Source of the DNA: Thraustochytrium aureum
Lineage: Eukaryota
Assembly (NCBI GenBank): GCA_012862495.1
Contig: BLSG01000410.1
Location: forward strand, 259,558 to 294,143
Reading direction: 5' to 3'
Length of the DNA stretch: 34,586 nt
This document shows, piece after piece, positions 11,904 to 22,895 of this stretch (position 1 is the stretch's first letter; each line of letters begins with the position of its first letter). The notes under the pieces were generated by a model. The model was not told the DNA's origin. It saw nothing but the letters and a program-made list of their open reading frames with translations, and made no database searches. The translations under genes were made by a program, and so were the position numbers.

Positions 11904-12783
11904 CGCCGCGCTCGTATCGATTGCCCTTCTGAGTTTGCGCTGCTGCTCAAAGCGGCACCAGGGAGCAGCTCGCGCGCGATCGACGTGTGTGCCTTGCAAG
12001 GTCGCGCCCAAAGGGTTCTGTTAGCATGGCGCAGATGCGTTGCAACCTCGCATCGCGCAGATACGTTGCAACCTTACCTGACGGCAAATCGAGAACTCTC
12101 TTGCTGCCAGTGGAGTGCAGGCGCACCTCAGCTGAGGTGTTGCGGGGCGCAACTCTGAGGCGCCTACAACCTCGCCCATGAATGAAGCGTTCTGGGGCGG
12201 GAAATCAAGCACTTGCAGCTGTCGGGCNNNNNNNNNNNNNNNNNNNNNNNNNNNNNNNNNNNNNNNNNNNNNNNNNNNNNNNNNNNNNNNNNNNNNNNNN
12301 NNNNNNNNNNNNNNNNNNNNNNNNNNNNNNNNNNNNNNNNNNNNNNNNNNNNNNNNNNNNNNNNNNNNNNNNNNNNNNNNNNNNNNNNNNNNNNNNNNNN
12401 NNNNNNNNNNNNNNNNNNNNNNNNNNNNNNNNNNNNNNNNNNTTGAAGCAATTGCCGCACGCTTCCCACTCGCTCGCTCGCGAAGCGTCAGAGTCGCTGA
12501 GGTCATTGCACCTGAGTCTGAGCAGGAGCTAGCACATTCGCTTTAGGAGAGCGCAGGCTACCATTCCCGTTCCACGTGACAAGGCCGCGCCATCGGCACT
12601 TGCACTTCAGGTGAAGGGGTGCGCTTCAATAGTTTCGGTTGGGTGCTACCCGGCAAGCGGCCAAGCGGTTGTGATCCCTCTCACGCTTGGCTCAGCAACG
12701 TGGCGATCGCCGAAGACGCGCTTGCCGAACGTATCCGTTGACATTTAGCACAATTGCGGTGCCGCGGCAGCGGCGCCCTCAGC

Positions 12784-12820
12784 GTCGGCGTCGGCGGCGG
12801 CGGCGGCGGCGGCGGGGCGG
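12784..12820 (+). repeat. (GGC)n microsatellite
   Basis: gtcggcgtcggcggcggcggcggcggcggcggggcgg. Confidence 0.8.
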
Positions 12821-13240
12821 GCGCACCAGCACGAAAGGCGAACACTCAGTTGCTCTGCTGTAGGGCGAGGTGCACCTGCCTGTTGGCGAGAAGCGGGGGG
12901 AAGGCAAGGTGGCCAAATTGTGGTCAAGTTTCGGTCATTTCGAACGCACAGCCAAACGGACAAATCGCGCCCAACTAGCAATGCGCTGCCCATTTCAGGT
13001 GCGCTGGCTGGGGCTTGCTGGCTGGCGCTTGCTGCCTTAGCGCTGTTTTGCGGCAAAGCAAAGCGAAAAAATCAGCGCCCCGTTCGAACAAACGCGGCAG
13101 CGTGGGTCTTGCACCAGGATCTGAGCGACTGAGAAGCGCGAGTACTTGTTGTAAAAGTAGATTTTAGCGATTGCGGCGGCTTTGGCCGCGGCGGCTGGCG
13201 CGTGCGCGCATTGGGCAAGGCCAGGCGCTGCTCGCAGAGA

Positions 13241-14615
13241 CTAGTCCACGCGCGGGACAGAGAGTCCCTCGCTCTCGAGCGCTTCGTAGACCTTGTCCTT
13301 GTCCATGGCAAACTTGTTGCACAAGAAGCGGACGACTTGCGGACTAGAGGCCACGCCATCGACCGAGGTCTCTGGCTTGTACGGGTTGACGAGAAACTGG
13401 CTAAAGTGTCGCAGCGACTCGGCCCCGCGGACTTCGTTGTCGCGAATAGGCATGACCGTCACATTGAAGTCCTCGTACAGGTCATGGATCTGGTCGAGGT
13501 ACTTGTCTTGCATCCGCTTGCGCGCGAGGAGCTTGCGGCAGGCGTCTGGCTCCGCGAAAAGCACTTGGTTGACGACAATGTTGTGCACGTCGATTTCGTA
13601 CTTGCTGAGCTCCTGAACGAGGCGCTCAGTCTCGTAGACGGAGAGGAATTCAGGGATGCAGACGCAGACGAAAGTCGTCTTCTCCGGGTCCTGCGCGAAG
13701 GTCGGATCAGCGGCCCAGCTGTCAGCGAGAAGTCCTGTCGCACGGATTCGATTGGTCCGCGCGGCAACGGCTACTTACTCTAAAGGTCTTGTTCACCTGG
13801 CCGATGATCCGCTGCGTCTCCTCCAGCTTGCCCAAGACGTTGGCTTCCATGTTGGCCCCGCCGCCCATCATGGACGAGGCTTGCGCGAGAAGGCCGCCGT
13901 ATTTGTTCTTCAGCTCCATGATTTTTTCGAATGCTGATTGCAGGGTAGTCGGGAAGCGAAGCAGGCGCAACGTGTGGCCCGTTGGGGCCGTGTCGAACAC
14001 AATGCACGAGTAGTCCATTTTTTGGACGCTCTGTAGCGGGAGACTGGTCAGCTCTGCGCGCCGCGCGCCGCGAAGTGGAACCAGGTGCCAGCAAGGCTGC
14101 TTACCTTCATGATCTCTGTGAACGACATGGCCTGTTCCGTTGTGCGCGTCGCCGCAGTCGTCGCGGAATTCGGTCCCGAGTCAGCGGGCAAACAATCAGA
14201 GTATGCAGGTGCGCTGGCGCAACGCTACGTACCTCGTCGATGCCCGGGAGCGCCGAGCCGATCTCCTTCATCATGTTCTGCATGGGCGACTCGTCGCCGA
14301 GGCCAAGGCTGTCAACGTTTGCCTCGGAAGCGATACTCTGCGGCTCAACCTCCATGCAGTAGAGGTTTGAAAATCCGTTCACGAGCGTAGGCTCGTGAGT
14401 GAACTTTTGGCTGCGGTGCGAAGGGCGGCGGCGCTCCCTGTCAGTGGATAAGGGTCCCAGTCGGCGCGTGGAGCGCAAGCCAGCCCGCATGGAAACGTAC
14501 CAGAAAGCATCGCTAAGGTTGTGCGCTGGGTCCGTGCTCACGATCAGCACCTTTTCGCGCACCGTTGAGAGAAGCACGCCGAGGCAGCACGACGTCGTCG
14601 TCTTGCCAACTCCGC
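13241..14615 (-). CDS. GET3: GET3/ASNA1 (ArsA-family) tail-anchored protein targeting ATPase; exons 14501-14615, 14233-14410, 14105-14131, 13779-14030, 13241-13690; 5' exon(s) lost in the gap
   Basis: Spliced product contains [10 protein letters not shown] (P-loop), [59 protein letters not shown] and NIVVNQ. All junctions are GT-AG and keep the frame. Confidence 0.96.
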
Positions 14616-15345
14616 CTGCGACGGTTGCGTTGTGCGCGTCAGCCCGTGGCCNNNNNNNNNNNNNNNNNNNNNNNNNNNNNNNNNNNNNNNNNNNNNNNNN
14701 NNNNNNNNNNNNNNNNNNNNNNNNNNNNNNNNNNNNNNNNNNNNNNNNNNNNNNNNNNNNNNNNNNNNNNNNNNNNNNNNNNNNNNNNNNNNNNNNNNNN
14801 NNNNNNNNNNNNNNNNNNNNNNNNNNNNNNNNNNNNNNNNNNNNNNNNNNNNNNNNNNNNNNNNNNNNNNNNNNNNNNNNNNNNNNNNNNNNNNNNNNNN
14901 NNNNNNNNNNNNNNNNNNNNNNNNNNNNNNNNNNNNNNNNNNNNNNNNNNNNNNNNNNNNNNNNNNNNNNNNNNNNNNNNNNNNNNNNNNNNNNNNNNNN
15001 NNNNNNNNNNNNNNNNNNNNNNNNNNNNNNNNNNNNNNNNNNNNNNNNNNNNNNNNNNNNNNNCGGAAAGAGGCAGGGAGCAGGTCGAGTGGGCGGCGCA
15101 GGCGGTGGCCTCGGACGCGCAGGCGCCCTTGCGAGGCTCCGTGCGAGGCCCTGTGCGTGCGAGCCTCCGTGTGCGCGTCGGCAGGTCAGTGGTAGATGTG
15201 TGGATAGGCGGTTCGTGCAGCTGCAGATCGATCGGTCGGCCTTTACCGCGGCAGCCGCTGGGGTCTTGGCTGGCCGTGCGCAGGCGACGCAGTGCGTGTG
15301 GCGCTGGGCTGGGCGGCTCGGAGCGGCGGCTGGCCTCGGCCTAGG

Positions 15346-16968
15346 ATGGCGTCGAGGCCGTTTGCAACGCTTGGGGCCAAGGTGCGCGCCGTGGAGAAGC
15401 TGCTGGGCCGCAAGGTGAACCAGGTGTTTGAGTGCCCCACGGGCGATGTGGGCTATAGGATGAAGATCAGCGCGCGTGTCACCGACGATCGGGGCTTGTC
15501 AGGGTTTAGCCTGCGCGGCGAGAAACCTGTTAGCTTTGCATTCAACGACCCGGTGGATCGAAGGCTGCGCCCAATCTCTGGCGACGTGATCCCCATCGCG
15601 CACGAGCGGATCAACGCTGCTCTGCCCACAGTGAAGGACGCCCTCAGCTCGACTCTGCTGGGCCGCAATGTGTTTGAAGCGAAATTCCAGACCACGATGA
15701 CCGGGGAGCTGGCCCTGACGCTGTGCTATCGAGCGGCAATCCCAAGTGAGGCTTGGGGCGAGGTTGCAGACAACTTGCGCGAGTCCCTGCTCAAGAACAC
15801 AGACGCAACTTTCGTTTCAGTCCTTGGGCGGTCGCAAGGGCAACTAGAGATCGTAGGGCGCGACTTCCTGCTGGAACGGTTCACGGTAGACGTGGGAGAC
15901 GGCCAGCTAAGGACGTACGACTACAAGCAAAACACCGAATCGTTCTCGCAGCCGAACGCGATGATCAACGAGATGATGCTCTCGTGGGCCGTCAAAGCCG
16001 CAAAGCAAGACTATGGCATCACAGACAACGACCTGTTGGAGCTCTACTGCGGCAACGGCAACTTTACAATTCCGTAAGTTTCAAGCGACAGCCCGGGTTT
16101 GCCGTCCCCCTCGCCCCGCCCCCTGCCCCGTACTCTGCTCTCTGACAGAGCGCTTTCGCGGTCTGGCGCACAGGCTTGCAGACAACGTTTTTGGAAAGGT
16201 GCTTGCCGGCGAGGTCGGCCGCGTGGCGGTTCGCGATGCGATCTGGGCGGCAGAGAAAAATGGGCTCCACAACGTCACAGTGGTGCGGCTCGTCGGCCGA
16301 GGAGGTCGCGGATGGCTCTATTCGGGCAGCGCCTCTTCGAGCGGTTGCGTGCCGTCGACCTGGANNNNNNNNNNNNNNNNNNNNNNNNNNNNNNNNNNNN
16401 NNNNNNNNNNNNNNNNNNNNNNNNNNNNNNNNNNNNNNNNNNNNNNNNNNNNNNNNNNNNNNNNNNNNNNNNNNNNNNNNNNNNNNNNNNNNNNNNNNNN
16501 NNNNNNNNNNNNNNNNNNNNNNNNNNNNNNNNNNNNNNNNNNNNNNNNNNNNNNNNNNNNNNNNNNNNNNNNNNNNNNNNNNNNNNNNNNNNNNNNGCCG
16601 TCGACCTGGACGAGTTCAAGTTTCGCACCGTGTTTGTGGACCCACCTCGTGCCGGCCTGGACTCGGCTTCGCTCGAGCTTTTGGCACACCACGAGGGGCA
16701 GATTATATACGTGAGCTGCAACCCTGGTAAGTTGCATTGCTGGGATCGGGGCGGGCGTGGCGGGGGCGTCTCCACTGGCCGCTGGCTGACGCGCGTTGCC
16801 GTGCGCCACCTGCCCACAGTGACCTTGCAGCGCGACGTTGAGAAGCTGTCTCTGCTTTCGCAGGCGGAGGTAGTTTTGCACGACCTCGTCTGCTTTGACC
16901 AGTTCCCTGGGACGGACCACATCGAGTGCGGCGTCGCCATTGAAATGCAATCGCGTAGGGACGCCTGA
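15346..16968 (+). CDS. trmA: tRNA (uracil-54-C5)-methyltransferase, TrmA type; introns 16074-16173 and 16727-16819
   Basis: YKQNTESFSQPN, DLLELYCGNGNFTIPLA, VRLSAEE..FERLRAVDL, VFVDPPRAGLD, IIYVSCNPVTL (catalytic Cys) and FDQFPGTDHIECGV match E. coli TrmA motifs. Two +1 indels (~16291, ~16311) lie next to the contig end. Confidence 0.92.
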
Positions 16969-17230
16969 AGGAGGCGCCGCAGGGCTAGCTAGCTTGCTAG
17001 CTCTCGGGACTGACGAACAAGAAGTGACGCGCAGGCGGGCCCTGGGCCTACTATTTACGATCTAGCCCAGCTCGCGAGGACCGTCGCTCGGGCGTCGCCT
17101 CGCAGAGCCCGACCTCGAGCAATTCCTTGAGACGGTAGATAGACAAAACATCGGGCTTTCGTTTGCACGTACACGCGCGGTTGCTGCCAGCCCACGGCGA
17201 CCACGTGCTGATTTTTAGACGTGTCCCATG

Positions 17231-18652
17231 TCATCCGCACGGCGCAGAGAACGCCGCAACGACAAGGCTACGCGTCTCCTCCGTAAACGGCTGCTTCTCG
17301 AACGCCGCGCTCGTTTGCAGCACGTGCACGTCCGTGTCGCAAGTCGAGGCCACCGTTGCGGGAGGCACGGACGCAGCCCGGCCGGCCTCGTTTGGAGCTG
17401 CCTTCGCTTTGGCGCGCTTCCTCTGCTGCGCGCCGGCGAGGTACGCGTGCGCACGATTTTCTACGCCGAGCACGTTGCGGCAGAACGCGGCCCCGGCACC
17501 GCTCTGGACAGTTTTCCGGTACTTGGTCGGCACAATCACAACGAACGTCAAAGAGCGGCTACGCGACTCGCTGCGCTCCAAGAGGCGGCCCATGTGCGCT
17601 GCCATTCGCTCCACGATCGAGTCCACGAACGGTGGGTTGGCTTCAAACGCGCCCTCAAGGGGCTCGAAATCGAAGAACGACCCCACCGACCCGAACGGCG
17701 CGTCTGTGTCAACAAAGGCAGAGCAGTACCTCTCGAAGCGGCAGTTGAGCGGGGAGGCGAAGCACTCAAAGTTGACGCCAAGGCCGTCGCGCAGCGCGTT
17801 GAAGACGGCCGGCCCGATCGCGGCTTGGAACCCTGCACCACCCAGCGTCTCGTACCGCTGCAGCAAGCAGTACAGCCGGCGAACAAAGGCGGAGTCGGAC
17901 TGGTCCGGGCCGCCGAAGCGCGAGTGCAGCTCGCGAAGCTTGCTCAGGTGGTGGTGGCCCACTTTGAGCTCGCGCTTGCGAAAGCGGACTGTGGCGAGCC
18001 CTCCCGCGCCGGGGGCTGCATGGCCGGCCTCTTCCAGGACGGCGCGGCGTGCCCGGTTCTTGCGCGACTCGGGGTCGGGCACTTTGCTCGTGGAGATGGC
18101 TATTTGGTGCTGCACCTTGTGCGAGAAGCGCACGCCGACCTCGTGCGCGGTCGCGCGCTGCGTATCGCTCACGCATGCCCTGCACAGCTCAGTGCATAGC
18201 TCTTCCTGCGCAGCTTTGATCCCTGCTGGCGTTGGCAGGAGCGACAAGGCCCCGCTTCCCAGCGCACCGTCTCCCGCTCCAATAGTGGCAAGGAGCCACT
18301 TTTCGAAGCATGCGTCCCCGTTCCGGAGCGTCACGCTCGAGAAGAGCCTCAGGCGTCTGCACACGTCCGTCCCAAGCTCTGCCACGCACATCTTCTCTAG
18401 CACGCCGTGCACCTTGTTCACCTGCTCCCCGACCCAGTGCTCAAGGACAGGCACGGCGTCGTCGCTCCTGCCCTCGCGCCGTCCGCCGTCCACGTCGCAC
18501 TTGGTCACGGGGTCCCACACCTGCTCGCCGACAGCTTCCTCCACCCTCCTCCGCTTCCGCTTGCCAGCCGTGTCCTCGCGCGGCATCGCGCCGACTTCCT
18601 CGTCCTCCTCGTCGTAATAGGACCTCATCAGCGCGCCGAGCTCGTCGCCCAT
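17231..18652 (-). CDS. PCIF1: PCIF1/CAPAM-family cap-specific adenosine N6-methyltransferase-like protein
   Basis: LYCLLQRYETL..GFQAAIGPAVF..GVNFECFASPLNC..YCSAFVDTDAPFGSVGSFFDF..GAFEANPPF..LTFVVIVP is the PCIF1 catalytic domain with the NPPF motif. The ATG at 18652 is tentative because a gap lies upstream. Confidence 0.88.
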   Translation of the reverse strand: MGDELGALMRSYYDEEDEEVGAMPREDTAGKRKRRRVEEAVGEQVWDPVTKCDVDGGRREGRSDDAVPVLEHWVGEQVNKVHGVLEKMCVAELGTDVCRRLRLFSSVTLRNGDACFEKWLLATIGAGDGALGSGALSLLPTPAGIKAAQEELCTELCRACVSDTQRATAHEVGVRFSHKVQHQIAISTSKVPDPESRKNRARRAVLEEAGHAAPGAGGLATVRFRKRELKVGHHHLSKLRELHSRFGGPDQSDSAFVRRLYCLLQRYETLGGAGFQAAIGPAVFNALRDGLGVNFECFASPLNCRFERYCSAFVDTDAPFGSVGSFFDFEPLEGAFEANPPFVDSIVERMAAHMGRLLERSESRSRSLTFVVIVPTKYRKTVQSGAGAAFCRNVLGVENRAHAYLAGAQQRKRAKAKAAPNEAGRAASVPPATVASTCDTDVHVLQTSAAFEKQPFTEETRSLVVAAFSAPCG

Positions 18653-18667
18653 CGTGCCAAACCAAGC

Positions 18668-18701
18668 CGCGCCAGGACCGCGCCAGGACCGCGCCAGGAC
18701 C
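18668..18701 (+). repeat. 11-bp tandem repeat (cgcgccaggac)x3 running into an N-gap
   Basis: Three exact copies immediately before the gap at 18702; probably the cause of the gap. Confidence 0.85.
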
Positions 18702-20296
18702 NNNNNNNNNNNNNNNNNNNNNNNNNNNNNNNNNNNNNNNNNNNNNNNNNNNNNNNNNNNNNNNNNNNNNNNNNNNNNNNNNNNNNNNNNNNNNNNNNNN
18801 NNNNNNNNNNNNNNNNNNNNNNNNNNNNNNNNNNNNNNNNNNNNNNNNNNNNNNNNNNNNNNNNNNNNNNNNNNNNNNNNNNNNNNNNNNNNNNNNNNNN
18901 NNNNNNNNNNNNNNNNNNNNNNNNNNNNNNNNNNNNNNNNNNNNNNNNNNNNNNNNNNNNNNNNNNNNNNNNNNNNNNNNNNNNNNNNNNNNNNNNNNNN
19001 NNNNNNNNNNNNNNNNNNNNNNNNNNNNNNNNNNNNNNNNNNNNNNNNNNNNNNNNNNNNNNNNNNNNNNNNNNNNNNNNNNNNNNNNNNNNNNNNNNNN
19101 NNNNNNNNNNNNNNNNNNNNNNNNNNNNNNNNNNNNNNNNNNNNNNNNNNNNNNNNNNNNNNNNNNNNNNNNNNNNNNNGAACGGATGGAGCGGAACACG
19201 AGCGCACCGTCGGCTGCAATGTTTCCGGTAGGACGGTTACGTGGTATGGATTGTTGCTGGAGCAGAATTCAGACCGTGAGATAGTGCGTTGCCTTAGGCT
19301 TGCTTCGAGGCTTGCTTCGAGGCTCGCCGGTCTCGCGCGGCGGCGTGTGGCTCTCGCCGCTCTCTAGCCGCGCTTTTTCTGATTTGAGATTGCTGGCGAG
19401 AAGCGGTCCAGTAACGGCTCGTGGTTCGATGGAGGACGGCAGGAGCGCGTGAAGTTGTGCGTGGATGTGTGGCGCAGCGAGTTTGACGAAAAACGCTCGT
19501 TTCACCAGAGAACTGGACGGGGAAACGCTTGGTTTGGTTTTGATGCTTTTGCAATCAGCTTGGGGCGACGTTGGAGGCGTCAACTCATTGCTGAAAGGAG
19601 TGCGAGCGCTGTCTCCGAAGCAAGTCGTGCGTCAAGATGGAGTTGCCAAAGCGCGTGAGGGCAGCACAGTCTGCGGAGACATGCACGCTCTACGAGCTGC
19701 TCCTCGACGTCCTGTTCATGCAGTTTTCGACTTGGATGCATCCGCGTCTGGCGGAAGAAACCGACAATCAAAGCCAGTCTTTAGGGACAAGGCGATGCGA
19801 CGGTAAACGCAAGTCGCAATGCTGAAGCAAGCGCACTCTTGCGAAGGCTCTACTGAAGGAAGCAGCGTAGCTTGCAGACCAAACGGATACCAGTTTTGAT
19901 CGAGTCGCACGTTTGCGAGAGAACAGAATTCCGCGTCCTGTTCGACACAAAGCCGCACTGTGCAGATCCAGGCGAGCTCGTCGCGTGGTTGAGCTGTTAC
20001 CAGGACACAGCGGAGATCCCATCCACGGCTCAGTCTACAAGGCCCGGGCGGCACTCGCAAGCTGGGCGGCCTCGAACCAATGCAACGGCTATCCCGTTTC
20101 CCATCCTCCATCCTGCAGATAGCCGCACCTCCAAATCTACATGGACAAGAACGCACCAGGCGATCCAGTGCAGTACCCGTTTGCACGAGACGAGATAAAG
20201 GACGGGCCGAAGGGAAAGCAAAGCAGGTCCGCGCAACTCTAGCAAGGCGAAGGAGTAGAGGGGGTCCACCTCGGCGCGCCCAAGCCGAGTAAGGAA

Positions 20297-22092
20297 ATGA
20301 AGGTCGCCAGCGCTGTGCTCGTTGCCGCGCTAGCAGGCGTCCACCAGGCCGCCGCGAGCAGCGTTGCCCTCGCCGAACTTAGCGCTATCGTTCATGAGCG
20401 CAGAGACCTGGCGCTCACCGTGGCAATGGGGCTTGCCTGCGCTGGCTCTGAGCCTTGCGGGACAAACGGGTGCATGTCGCTCGCTGGTCTCGCCATGAGC
20501 GATACATGCAGCCCGATTCTCACCAACTTTTCAGATGTGCTGGGCCCAGACTCCAGCGACGGCGACTCTGTCGGCATCGCGGCCCTGCTAGCCGATGTAG
20601 ATCTTCCCGAAGGCATGGACGCTGCTGTCTGCAGCTCGTTTAAGAACAGCACTCTCGCGAACTCATGCGTTCTCCCTGCTCCACTTGAGGCTATCGTGGC
20701 CACGATGAACGCGAACAAGGGTTCTTCGTGCAAGGACTTCAACACTGAGATCCTTGGCTTGATCAACAAAGTGACTGAAACGCCTGCCTGGGAGGCCAGC
20801 GTCGACGCTACCCTCGCGCAAAAGGGTGTGATGGAGCGGGCGATGGCGGGCTACATCACTGCCGCTGGTGCAGGGAACGGGACTGCAGTTGCCGCGGCCA
20901 TGTCTGCTCTTGGCGCCTCCTGGGAGTGGTTCCTTAGCCCTGGGGTCGGCCTCGTTCCTACCGAGTCGGACGTCGAGGGAGCTCTTTCAAGTGCTGCTCA
21001 GGCGTGCCTGTCGTCTCACGTGGAAGGGCTAGAAGACATTCCTGCAATCATGCTTCTATCAGACATGTTCCTCAACCCCGACAGCTACACCGATGAGGTC
21101 GTCGAGGCCAAGATCATGGAGATGTACAATGCCACTATCGTCCAACTGATCGAGGACTCCCTGCCCGAGCATTTCAACACTACTGACGGATTTGAGATGA
21201 CCCGTGAGACGGTAGTTGACGTTCTCGTCGGAAGCTTCGTCAATTCATCCGCTGCGATTGACGAACTCCCGGAATCGATCGCCTTCGACTGCATGATTGG
21301 CGAGTTCAGACTTCTCTGGGGAAATTAACAAATTTCGTAAACGCTCTCGTTGGAGGGCTCAACACTTCGAACGATGAAGACGTCATGTTCTTTGTGGGCA
21401 ATTCGTGCGAGGGCGCGAACAACGAGACGGAGTGCGGCATGGCGGTTCTTGCGGACATAGCCGAGTTTGAGACGTGCGCGGAGTTCGCCGAGACCAAAGC
21501 GACTGAGGTGCTCTTGAGCTTGGAAACGCGTGTTGCGGCGGCTCTTGGGACTATTCCTGGTTTCGTGAAGATCGTGACGCTCGAGAGCGCCATGGAGACA
21601 TGCTTTTTGGCCCCCCTGGCTGTTGTGAAAGGATACTTTGACATGTTTGCCAACGCCGCCAACGGGACTGCCAGTGCGACCGAGATGGCTTTCGTTTCCG
21701 GCGCTGTCGCGAATGCGGGCTGCCAGCTTGCCCTTGAACATGCAACGGAAAACGCCAACCCAGCCAGGGCCCACAAGAGCATGTGCTACATTATGCATCT
21801 ATCCAAGGCCGAGCCCGACCTCACCAACGCTTTTATCGCAAACCCCCGTGTAGTCACAGACGAGATCCTCTTCGGCCTCGAGGACAGCACAGGCAACCTT
21901 GAGACGCGCTGCGAAACGGCCGGTGTGAGCATCGGCGCCTTCCCCGTTTTCACCCCGCTAGACCCGAACGAGCCGGTCGAGACGAAAGCCCCGACCCCAG
22001 GAAGCACCGTTGTCCTCAACGGCGCTTCGGTGCTTGGCCCGCAGCTCATGGCCGTCACTGCGCTTGCATACACTGCGTTTGCCAACTTTTAA
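20297..22092 (+). CDS. Orphan secreted, probably GPI-anchored acidic Cys-containing surface glycoprotein (~598 aa if one -1 frame change at ~21320 is applied)
   Basis: Signal peptide MKVASAVLVAALAGVHQAAA. The -1 frame is open from before the 21328 stop (GKLTNFVNALVGGLNTSNDEDVMFF). Many N-x-S/T sequons, a Pro/Thr linker (PVETKAPTPGS) and a hydrophobic C-terminal tail (NGASVLGPQLMAVTALAYTAFANF). Confidence 0.75.
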
Positions 22093-22895
22093 ACAACGAC
22101 CGCCGAGGCCGCGTTGCCGGGCGCAGCGCCAGGCTTCTGGAGCAATCGGTAGAATAGCTAGTAGCTTTAGAGAGAGAACTACTGTCCTGCGAGGAGTCTC
22201 AATGAAACCACTCTGCTTCCTGCGGCGGCGCGGCTCTGTGCCACAGCGCAGCATTTGGCCGCGGGCTCGACCACGCCCCATGCGCGTCCTCTCCCCAGGA
22301 GGAATATAGATGCCACTTGCGACCATCACAATTGCAAGCTTGCTGACGGGCCGAAGACCGAGTCCGGTCCAGAGTTGCGACTTGCGCAGCAAAGCCAATC
22401 NNNNNNNNNNNNNNNNNNNNNNNNNNNNNNNNNNNNNNNNNNNNNNNNNNNNNNNNNNNNNNNNNNNNNNNNNNNNNNNNNNNNNNNNNNNNNNNNNNNN
22501 NNNNNNNNNNNNNNNNNNNNNNNNNNNNNNNNNNNNNNNNNNNNNNNNNNNNNNNNNNNNNNNNNNNNNNNNNNNNNNNNNNNNNNNNNNNNNNNNNNNN
22601 NNNNNNNNNNNNNNNNNNNNNNNNNNNNNNNNNNNNNNNNNNNNNNNNNNNNNNNNNNNNNNNNNNNAGCCGTTGCCGGTGAAACGATTCTAGCAGTCCA
22701 CCCCACAGACGCTGTCCACATGCACACTTTTGGCATGATCGGCGCGGAGTTGTTGACGCGCCGCGGCGCGCCGCCGCGCAAATCGACCTGGCGGACTCGA
22801 AGCCTTGTCGCGTGCGCCATATCGGCAAGCACGTCGTGGCTTGCTTGGCGCAAAGGCTGCTTCCGGCGGCAGTGGCGGCGGCGGTGGCTTGGACG

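Noticed and set aside
12660..12691. Hairpin gccaagc..gtga-tccctc-tcac-gcttggc as a possible ncRNA
   Set aside because: A single short GC-rich stem with no tRNA, snRNA or SRP signatures; plausible by chance.
13241..14615. Bacterial arsenite-pump ATPase ArsA
   Set aside because: Single ATPase domain with introns and GET3-specific motifs; no ars operon context.
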